Source: Paraglomus brasilianum
Taxonomy: Eukaryota
Assembly: GCA_910592345.1 (NCBI GenBank)
Contig: CAJVPI010000231.1
Location: 1 to 40,781, forward strand
DNA length: 40,781 bases
Direction of reading: 5' to 3'
Each line of letters starts with the position of its first letter. Positions within the stretch are counted from its first letter, which is position 1. The translations under genes and the position numbers were made by a program. The notes beneath the pieces are model-generated. The model was not told the DNA's origin. It was given only the letters and a program-made list of their open reading frames with translations, and ran no database searches. Shown piece after piece: positions 1-10,781 of this stretch.

Positions 1-1882
1 GAACGAATCAATTATTAATAAAATATGTTTTTTATACTGGTAAAAACCTTGCTTTCTAGCTTTCAAACAAGCCATTCCATGTTAAGATTGAAGCAATTTC
101 TATGAAGTTATTGTAAAAAAAGCAGAGGCCAATTTTTTTCTTAACACACTGTATGTGTGATAAGTCGCATCATTCGTATAATTCACCCGTTAATGCAGTA
201 ACGATACACAGCTGGCACCGGATGTCAAACTATATGCTACGTAAACCTCTCCCGTGTAATTACATTCAGTGAAAATTAAACACTGCCAAAAGACAAGTTG
301 AATAACTACTTTATCGCCGTCATCTTCCACGACTATTGTCGCTTTGGTCACTATCGCCCTTCGACTCCAGTTGATTCGTCGCCATCCAATAAAAATAAAC
401 TGTTCAAGAACGAACATTGCGACGGCGCGGTTAAACCTCTCCTCTTTCGAATTATGATTTCCTATATCATTACAGTTAAACTAGTTTTACAGTTACTATC
501 AGGTGAGTAATGGATCGTGTCTACTTGTGTGTTTTCGTAAGATATAAATAAAGAGAAATGTGCTGAATTTAATAATTAAGTTCCTACTACACCACAAATT
601 CTTTGATATCCTCAATCAAGAAATGCAACAGTCGATTGCAATATCATGCAAAACTCACGAGTATACGACACATAAAACTATTAGTTAAACTATTTACTTG
701 TTTCCATATACAAAGTGTCAGAAGATGATGTCAGAAATTCAGAGCGATTACTAAAATCACGATACAGTCTCATGAAATAATTGACCCCCTTTACATCATT
801 TTGTATAACAGTCTACATAATAGTTGTTTTGTATGTCATATCATAGATTTCTGTAGACATATAATGTAAAGTATGCTTCATGTCCGTTGATTGTCAGTCA
901 TTTACAAAACAAATACTGAAGTCGAAATACACGTCTAAATTGTTGCAAAGAAGATTAAACTTGAACATTCATGGTCAGAATTTCGGCTTCGAAGGCGTTC
1001 AAAAAATCTCTAAAAAAAATAATAAATAAAATAAAAACTGCCACTTATTACGAGAAATGGCAAGTAAAGTTGAAGCATAATAATAACGGATGGCCAACCA
1101 AATATAATAGTTACCAGAAAGTTTCTTAGATGTTGCTTATTCTACTGTACAAATTAAAAGAAAAGGGCGTCCGATACCTGTTTTTCAGGAGATTGTACAG
1201 TATGTGCCATTGCTTATATTATCTCCAACTGCCAGTCTCATGGGTGCCCAATAATGGATGCCAATTAACCATTATTGATTATAGACGTAGGTTAAAAATG
1301 ACGTTGAAGAATTTCTTTTTGACTTCCGACACATTACAGTGTTTCTTTAGTAATATAATTTATTACGATATTCCAGATGCAACCATTCACACACGTTTGT
1401 GTTGGATAAACGTAACCTCCTTTCCATAAACGTTTAGTTAGGAGCGTTTTTACAGCGAGATGGATTGTATTTATCTTATGCCTACAACTTCCATGCAAGA
1501 ATCTACTGTACTTGATAGAAATTTGTTCTTTTTTTCCTGGAAACCGCATTATTTAGTATACCACCCATTGTGAAATATTATTCTGTTTATCAAATCTTGC
1601 GTCTCTGTTCCGGCATGCTGAACACTTGATAATCGTTGTATCGTTCTTCACATATACAATGCGTACATTGCTTAAATCAGAGAATCTGCCAATTATAATA
1701 AATAAAGACTATCAAGGAATTATTTATACCAAATTTTAATTTACCGTATTGCGTGCGTATATCGATATGGTTACAATATTTTTATGTGATTGTACGAGGT
1801 TTGACTGTATTACGTATTAGTATTACACACATCTGTGCGATTGTCATTTGTGCACTGCAGCATTAAGTGATTCTCCCAAAAT

Positions 1883-4800
1883 ATGTCCCAAGGTCAATCG
1901 ACAAACAGCACGTATGAGTGGTTAGTTAAGAGTGTCCGGGAAGGTTTTATCAAACGCTATTCGGAAGATGACCTCATAGATCGTACACCGATCGGTCATG
2001 GTGGATATGGTGTCGTATACAAGGCCAAGATAAAGCATTCTGGAAAACCAGTCACAATGAAAGCCTTGTTGCTAAATCGACATGGAGGTGAAGAATCATA
2101 TAAAGACTTTGTCAAAGAGGTTGTCAACGGTTACCTATTTTTTAATTATTGCATAGCGATAGCTTAAGGGCTGTGTAAACTGAATTATTTTACAATCCAT
2201 AACATAATAGCTGAGAACTCATAAACAGGTGGATGACCATCCAAATATTATTCGATTCTTAGGAATATCTCAAGGTGCACTAATTAATGCTAGATGTTAT
2301 GGTTTCTGTACATAAGTGATTGTAACTTATTCTACTCTACAACATAAAACAGATTTATCTGGCCCTTATTATATGGTGATTGAATATGCAGATGGCCAAA
2401 CTTTGTGTGAACACTTGCAGAAACATTTCTCTGAGCTGACATGGAAGGACAAGTACAAACTGGCTTTGGGGGTTACTGATGGGCTGTTGTATTTACATAA
2501 ACTCGAAATAGTTCACAAGAACTTGGTATGTATTGATGTTGCATGGTTTGTTTGCATATTAATATTGTAAAATATATATAGAATCATAATTTAATGCTTA
2601 CAACAACTATATATATATTAATTGTTACTATTATATAGTCTTCAACAAATATTCTCATCCAAGAAGGCATCACAAAAATAACAGACTTTGGATTGTCTAG
2701 TGCTCTCAAACAGACTATGTCCACATCAAAAGGTGAAAGAAATATGGCATATATTGATCCATTATCTTTTAAAAACAAATCTTATAAACGTGGAAAACAA
2801 TCAGACATCTTCAGTCTTGGGGTGATACTCTGGGAGATTTCAAGTGGAAAACTTCCATGTAAAGGGGCTACCACAAGTTATGAAGTTTTCTTATACAGAT
2901 TGAATGATTTCCATGATTCTCCTTTTCTTGGAACATCTGAATATTATATTGATCTATATTCTAAATGCTGGGATGAAGACCCTAACAAACGCCCATTGAT
3001 TCAAACAGTAAACAAACTACTCAAATCATTGATTACTCAATCACCATTTCATACATTAGATCTGAGTGATTGTCAAATTGGATATACAGAAGCAATAGCT
3101 TTAGCAAAGGTTGTTGAACTGAATTTCTCTGCACATTCTTTAAGTTTAGTTTGTAATAAGATTACACATACAAGAGCAATAACTGCTTTGGAAAAGGCTC
3201 TAAGAGATTCTTTTTCTGTGATATCCCTAAACCTTCAGGGTAATCAGATAGGAGATACAGGAGCAACAGCTTTGGCAAAGGCTTTGGAATTAAATTCTTC
3301 TTTAATATCTTTAAATCTTCAGAGCAATAAGATAAGAGATATAGGAGCAAAAGCTTTGGCAAAGGCCCTGGAATCAAATTCTTCTTTAACATCTCTAAAC
3401 CTTCAGTATAATCAGATAGGAGATACAGGAGCAACAGCATTGGCAAAGGCTCTGGAATCAAATTCTTCCTTAACATCTCTAAATCTCCAGTATGATCAGA
3501 TAAGAGATACAGGGGCAATAGCTTTAGCAAAGGCTCTGGAATCAAATTCTTCCTTAACATCTATAGATCTCCAGTATAATAACATAGGAGATACGGGGGC
3601 AATAGCTTTGGCAAAGGCTCTGGAATCAAATTCTTTTTTAACATCTCTAGATCTTCAGTATAATCACATTGGAGATACAGGAGTAATAGCTTTGGCAAAG
3701 GCTCTGGAATCAAATTTTTCTTTAACATCTCTAGATTTTCAGTATAATCAGATAGGAGATACAGGAGCAACAGCTCTAGCAAAGGCTCTGGAAGTAAATT
3801 CTTTTTTAACATCTCTAGATCTTCAGTATAATCACATAGGAGATATAGGAGCAACAACTTTGGCAAGGGCTCTGGAATCAAATTCTTCTTTAATATCTCT
3901 AAACCTTCAGTATAATAAAATAGGAGATATAGGAGCAACAGCTTTGGCAAAGGCTCTGGAATCAAATTCTTCTTTACTGTCTCTAAATTTGCATAATAAT
4001 CAGATAAGACAAACAGGAGCAACAGCTTTGGCAAAGGTTCTGAAATCAAAATTTTCTTTAATATCTCTAAACCTTCAGTATAATCAGATAGAAGGTACAG
4101 GAGTAACAGCTTTGACAAAGGCTCTGGAATCAAAAATTTTTTTAACATCTCTAAACCTTCAGAGTAATAATATTGGAGATGCAGGAGCAATAGCTCTGGC
4201 AAAGGTTCTAAAATCAAATTCTTTAACATATCTAAATCTTCCAGGTAATAAGATAGGAGATACAGGAGCAACAGCTCTAGCAAAGGCTCTGGAATCAAAT
4301 TCTTCTTTAACATCTCTAGATCTTTCAAGAAATAAGATAGGATATACAGGAGCTACAGCTTTGGCAAAAGCTCTGGAATCAAATTCTTCTTTAATATTTT
4401 TAAACCTTCAGCATAATCAGATAGGAGATACAGGAGCAACAGCTTTGGCAAGGACTCTGGAAGTAAATTCTTTTTTAACATATCTAGATCTTCAGTATAA
4501 TAAAATAAGTGCCACAGGAGCAACAGCATTGGCAAAGGCTCTGGAATCAAATTCTTCTTTAACATCTCTAAACCTTCAAAAGAATCAGATAGGAGCTGCA
4601 GGAGCAACAGCTTTGGCAAAAGCTCTAGAATCAAATGTTTCTTTAACATCTCTAAACCTTAAACGGAATCAGATAGGAGAAATAGGAATGGGAGCAACAG
4701 CATTGGCAAAGGCTTTGGAAGTAAACTCTTCTTTAACATCTCTAAACCTTCAGTATAATAGGATAGGAGATACAGGAGCAACAGCTTTAGCAAAGGCTCT

Positions 4801-5968
4801 GGAATCAAATTCTTCTTTAGCACTTCTAAACCTTCATTATAATAAGATAGGAGGTACAGGAGCAACAGCATTGGCAAAGGCTCTGGAATCAAGTTTTTCT
4901 TTAACATCTCTAGATCTTCAAGGGAATCAAATAGGAGCTACAGGAGCAACAGCATTGGCAAAGGTTCTGGAATTAAATTCTTCTTTAACATCTTTAAACT
5001 TTCAGTGTAATGAAATAGGAGATATAGGAGCAACAGCTTTGGCAAAGGCTTTGGAAGTAAATTCTTCTTTAACATTTCTAAACCTTCAGCATAATAATAT
5101 AGGAGATACTGGAGCAACAGCTTTGGCAAGGGCTCTGGAATTAAACTCTTTTTTAACATCTCTAGTTTTAGGATGGAATAGGATAGGAGATACAGGAGCA
5201 ACAGCATTGGCAAAGGCTCTGGAATCAAATTCTTCCTTAACATCTCTAAATCTCCAGTATTATCAGATAAGAGATACAGGGGCAATAGCTTTGGCAAAGG
5301 CTCTGGAATCAAATTCTTCCTTAACATCTATAGATCTCCAGTATAATAACATAGGAGATACAGGGGCAATAGCTTTGGCAAAGGCTCTGGAATCAAATTC
5401 TTCTTTAACATCTCTAAACCTTTGGAATAATAGGATAGGAGGTACAGGAGCAACAGCATTGGCAAAGGCTCTGGAATCAAATTCTTCTTTAACATCTCTA
5501 GATCTTTCAAGAAATAAGATAGGATATACAGGAACAATAGCTTTGGCAAAGGCTTTGGAATCAAATTCTTCTTTAACATCTCTAGTTCTAGGATGGAATA
5601 GTATAGAAGATACAGGAGCAATAGCCTTGGCAAAGGTTCTGGAATCAAATTCTTCTTTAACATCTCTAGATTTTCAGTATAATCAGATAGGAGATACAGG
5701 AGCAATAGCTTTGGCAAAGGTTCTGGAATTAAATTCCCCTATAACATCTCTAGATATTCAGTATAATAAAATAGGAGATACAGGAGCAACAGCTTTGGCA
5801 AAGGCTCTGGAATCAAATTCTTCTTTAATATTTTTAAACCTTCAGCATAATATGATAGGAGATACAGGAGCAACAGCTTTGGCAAAAGCTCTGGAATTAA
5901 ATTCTTTCCTTAAATCTTTAAACCTTCAGAGTAATATGATAAGATATACAGGAGCAATACTGCAATAG
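1883..5968 (+). CDS. TKL-type (pseudo)kinase fused to about 34 RI-like leucine-rich repeats; exons 1883-2119, 2211-2274, 2353-2525, 2639-5968
   Basis: Spliced frame gives GHGGYGVVYKA (G-loop), VTMK, HPNIIRFLG, HKNL|SSTN, DFG, AYIDP, SDIFSLGVILWEI, CWDEDPNKRP, then 28-aa units LTSLNLQYNQIGDTGATALAKALESNSS. All introns are GT-AG and frame-consistent. Confidence 0.92.
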
Positions 5969-6080
5969 CTTTGGCAAAGGCTCTGTAATCAAATTCTTCT
6001 TTAATATCTTCAGAGTAATCAGATAGGAGATACAGGAGCAGATTTTGGCAAAGGCTCTGGAATCAAAGTTACTCTTAACA
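3050..6080 (+). repeat. 84-bp tandem coding repeat (28-aa LRR), about 34 in-frame units plus 1-2 decayed units past the stop
   Basis: Recurring GGAGATACAGGAGCAACAGCTTTGGCAAAGGCTCTGGAATCAAATTCTTCTTTAACATCTCTA at an 84-nt period. Confidence 0.97.
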
Positions 6081-7884
6081 TGTGATAGTGATAGTTCACA
6101 TTATTTATTATTTATTATTTATTATTTATCTTTATTAAATACACATTTGAAAACCTGTTTATAAACTTATATACTCTTATTTTTGTACTTACAAGAACAG
6201 TGGTTAATATTAATATTCAACTGTGGACATTCAAAATATGTTTGTGAGCAGTTACTGCCCAAGGGATTTATTTAATTAATCAAGACTTTTAATAACTACA
6301 AAAGCATCTGTTTGAGTTTTTCTTTTCTGTCAACATCTGAATTTGACTAAATATTAACAACTGAATAAAGCATGCTCAAATATTATAATGTCTGAAACAT
6401 ATTACTAATATTTATAAGTTATAAGGCATGTAAAGTTCTAAGAAAGTATGATAATATTTTTCTAGTGAATAGAATGTAATTTTTCCCCATGTTGTTGTTG
6501 GATATCCAAGTCCAGAGTGATGGAAGTATTTAATAATAGGTAATTTGTATGTATTTATTATTTGATATAGACCAATTATTTTTGTGTAAACAAAAGCATC
6601 TCGTTTATTGCTAGTAATAAAAGTCTAAAGAGGAAAAGGGGCTGTTTAATTAGGTATTATTCTACTTCGTTATACGATGTAGGATCTAAATTAGTCGTTG
6701 TTAAGTCGAAAATTTTTCGCTGTATTAGATGACGTAATTCTTGCTTTACGGATTGTTTTCGAAGACTCAGTAGTAGATTTATTTTTTTTTTGGTCAAGTT
6801 GAGATTGATCTGTTGGGGAGACGTATTTTTATCACGTTGACTTATATTTTTATCGATGATGATCTGATCAACGTAACTGCTTTTGTGTGGCAGAAGATTA
6901 GGAAGATGGTCATATACCATCAATCGGGCTTTTATATATTTACCATACACGAAGGAATTAGACTTTAGCGGTAATCGCTCGCGTTATGAAATCAGGCATA
7001 TAAAACCAGATTCAGGAAATCAAAAAAAAAAGTATGTAATACATGTTTGCGCACAAAAAAAAAGGGTTGAAGTCATAGAAAACAAGTTGAAGTATCGACA
7101 AGCTAATTAAGAGGAAACTTTTCAACAAAGGAGGCAAACACCAAGTTGCAAAAAAAAAAAAAAAAAACTACAAGTTTTCTGATTGGGTGAGTTGTTTTAA
7201 AACTATTGTGGTAGTTGATACAAGTTAGAAAATATCGAGATTACACTTCAGTTAATAAATTTACGATGTATTTTAATTTATCATTCAAAAATATTACTAT
7301 CTTTGGGGTTCATTGTATAGATGACCACCGTCAACCTTTGGTATCTTAGATCAAAACAAATCGTCATTTTATATAGTTTGTTCAGCCATCCCTAAACGTT
7401 CGATACATCTTATTTCCAAGTAAACACACCAGCAATCATAATCGTTTTTCAATAAATTGAAATTCTACTAGGATGTCACGGATATAAGAGACGAACAAGC
7501 TTCTCGGTTTTCATCCTGTTTTGAAATAATGTAAACACAAATTATTTTAGTATCCGTTGCCCCATATCAATTTAATGGCAAGTCTTAAATGGTGCTAGTT
7601 TTTAATTATTGGTGCAGTGATTGGTAAATGGGACCCGTTACGCCAAATTATCTTTATATAGTAAATCTGATAACAATGATGTAGTACAATTAAATTGTAA
7701 TGAGATTATTCTATAGATTATCTGTCACGTTCTACAAGTTATTGTTTATACCGACAGTTGTTACATGTTCCGTATACTAATACGGTAATAGCGGTGAGAG
7801 CCGAAGATCTTTATCTGCAGGATCCTGCAAACATAAAAAAACGTATGCAACCTAGTTATTTCTTTTATCTCCCATACGCGGAAC

Positions 7885-10252
7885 ATGTCCAAGTATGCGC
7901 ACAAAGAGTGGCTAAATGAGAGCCTGAGAGAAGGTTTAATCGAGTGTTGTTCAGATGAAGACATCATTATCCACCCTATGCCTATAGGTCGTGGTGCATA
8001 TGGTGTAGTCTATAAGGCCAAAATGAAGGCTTCTGGAACGACCGTTGCAATGAAAACTTTGTTTTTTGAGGAGGGCAGTTGTAAAGAAGATTTAATTAAA
8101 GAGCTTGTCAAAGAGGTTAGTTAGCATTACGTGTCTACATTGTTTATTGTTTAAAGTTTAAACCAACAAGTTCTAAAATTCCGTACGCATATAATAATAG
8201 TTGAAAAATCACAAGCGAATGAACAATCATCCCAACATCATTCGTTTTTTTTGTTTGTGCAAAGGTGTGTTTGACAATGTTCGACAGTATCAAGTGTTTA
8301 CCAAAAAAAATACCATAGTTTAACAATAACGTTTATAGATGGGCATGGCAATTACAATATGATATGTGAATATGCCGACGGTGGGACCTTGCATAAACAC
8401 CTTGTGACGCACTTTGATAGTCTATCCTGGAGAAACAAATACCAGCTGGGTTTGGAGATTACCAATGGCCTAAGATATTTACATGAGCTCAACATCATTC
8501 ACAAGGACTTGGTATTGTGGTTTTTTTTCTTTATTGTTTTCTGTACACTGTCATGTGATGCAATCTAATAATGTATGTCATTGTATCTAGTCTTCCACGA
8601 ATGTCCTTATCCAGAATGGCGTCGCGAAGATAGCCGATTTCGGTTTATCCACCGTATTAGAACAGATCACGTCTACATCAAAGGGTAAGGGCAACGCAGC
8701 ATATGTTGATCCGGTATCGATAAAGAGTGCTTCCATCAAGAATGTTTCCTATCGGCGTGGAAAGAGATCCGACATTTTTAGCCTGGGAGTAATACTATGG
8801 GAAATCTCTAGTGGAAAATTTCCATGCGAAGGCTGCACTCAAAGTTTCGAAATTGTTATATACAGACTGAATGGTTTTCGCGACCCACCCGTTTTTGGAA
8901 CGCCTGAAGAGTATATCTTGCTGTATTCGGAATGTTGGGACGAGAACCCTAACAGACGACCATTATGTGAAGAAGTATACGAAAGGCTTAAACTATTGTT
9001 GAAATTGATCGATCTCGACAAGTCATTGGAAACTGATTCTAACAATGCTAGGGCATTGGGACAAAGAGGGGAAGCTTATTACACGCTTAAAAAGTATGAC
9101 GACGCCTTACATGATTTTAATAAATTGTTGAACATGGAACCAAATAACGAATGGGCTTTGAGTAGAAGAGGGGCCATATATTGCATGTTTGATCAGTATG
9201 ATGACGCATTGAAAGATTTTAATAAATCATTGGAGACTGAACCGAACGATGCGTGGACGTTAAACAGAAGAGGATACGTCAACTACATGCTTGGACAGTA
9301 TGACGACGCATTGAACGACCTCAATAGATCGTTAGAGATTGAACCAAATAACGCATGGGCATTGGGTAGAAGAGGAGAAATCTACTGCATGCTCGGTCAG
9401 AATGAGAATGCATTAAATGATCTCAACAAGTCGCTCGAAATTGAACCCAACGATGCATGGACATTGAGTAGAAGGGGAGAAATCTATTGCACGCTTTGTC
9501 AATATGACGATGCACTAAACGACTTTAACAAGTCGCTGGAGATGGAACCAGATAGCACATTTGCCTTGAAGGGAAGGGGAGAAGTCTATTGCATGCTCTA
9601 TCAATATAACAACGCACTAAATGATTTCAACAAATCGTTGGATATCGAACCAAACGATGCGTGGGCATTAAGCAGAAGGGGAAACTGCTATTGCGTGCTT
9701 CGCCAGTATGACAATGCATTGAACGATCTCAACAAATCGTTAGAGTTTGAACCAGATGATGAATGGGCTTTGAGCAGAAGAGGGAGAGTCTACTATACGC
9801 TCCATCAGTTTGGCAATGCGTTGAATGATTTTGATAAGGCCTTGGAGATTGAACCCAATTATGTATGGGCATTAAGCAGAAGAGGAGAAGTCTATCGTTT
9901 ACTTGAACATTATGACAGTGCGCTGAACGATCTCAACAAGTCATTGGAAATTCAACCAGATGATACGTGGGCACTGAGAATACGAGGGAACATTAATTGC
10001 ATGCTTTATCGATTTGAAAACGCGTTGAGCGATCTTAGTAAATTATTAGAGATTGAACCAAATAATACGTGGGCATTGAGAACACGAGCAGCTATCTATC
10101 ACCAGCTTCATCAATATGATAATGCATTACACGATCTGAATAAGTCGATGGAAATCGATCCGCACAACACATGGGCTTTGAATAAAAGGGGAGAAGTTTG
10201 TTACTGGCTTAATCAGTACGATAATTCATCGAGATCGCAACTACTTTATTAG
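7885..10252 (+). CDS. TKL-type kinase fused to 11 complete plus 1 partial TPR; exons 7885-8115, 8201-8264, 8339-8511, 8591-10252
   Basis: GRGAYGVVYKA, VAMK, HPNIIRF, HKDL|SSTN, IADFG, AYVDP, SDIFSLGVILWEI, CWDENPNRRP, followed by 34-aa units such as NAWALGRRGEIYCMLGQNENALNDLNKSLEIEPN. Confidence 0.92.
9040..10245 (+). repeat. 102-bp tandem coding repeat (34-aa TPR)
   Basis: 34-aa periodic motif W-A-L-x-x-R-G...A-L-N-D-L/F-N-K-S-L-E-I-E-P; nucleotide identity between units is visibly lower than in the LRR and SEL1 arrays. Confidence 0.93.
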
Positions 10253-10781
10253 AACGGTTTTGGCGCTCGCCGTGATGATGTAATGATATACATCTTAGTC
10301 GGCATTTTGCTTCTACCATTTTACTTGAAAGGGTTGGCATATATATAGATTATACATTTTGTATTGCAGGACTTTTTAATCAACATCGGTTCTGCTTCTG
10401 TTAATTGACAAACTCGAGAATGTTTCTTCTTTCAATTATTATTATTATTAATTTATTATTCCAGTTTAGCTTCTTGCTTAGTATTTAAATATATCGTTTT
10501 TAACATTAGTATATTTAGTAATATAATTATTACATTTCAATCAATTCTTAACAGTCATTGAGAATGCTGTAAATGCAGTGACTCTGACACAAATTCTTTA
10601 CTTGTACAAATAAATACTAAAAACTATTATACGCAAAAAAAAACAAACAAACAAATAAGTAATACAAAAAAGTAATACAAAAAAGTCACCGCGATTCTCG
10701 TATCATTGTGTATATAAATTAATGAAAATGAAATCTAACAAATCACTGTAAACGCAACCTCGTTTTCTTTCCCACCCATTA

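Noticed and set aside
1130..1549. Possible highly decayed fifth kinase on the minus strand (LAVKTLL, ...AAGGAG|GTT, RLAVGDNISNG)
   Set aside because: Only short scattered resemblances with no DFG, HxD or consistent exon sizes; a TBLASTN with the paralogs would be needed.
3162..5717. Series of minus-strand Leu-rich ORFs over the LRR array
   Set aside because: Antisense shadows of the 84-bp repeat; no independent domain signal.
3050..5968. Diversity-generating retroelement as the source of LRR variability
   Set aside because: No reverse transcriptase or template/variable repeat pair in the window, and changes are not adenine-specific.
6657..7110. Short ORFs between the LRR and TPR genes, faintly like a Tc1 HTH region
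   Set aside because: No DDE motif or terminal repeats recognisable; low-complexity A/T runs.
10657..10686. Short tandem AGTAATACAAAAA duplication, plus poly-A at about 7150-7167 and (GAA)n at about 31725-31743
   Set aside because: Ordinary slippage repeats in UTR or intergenic DNA.
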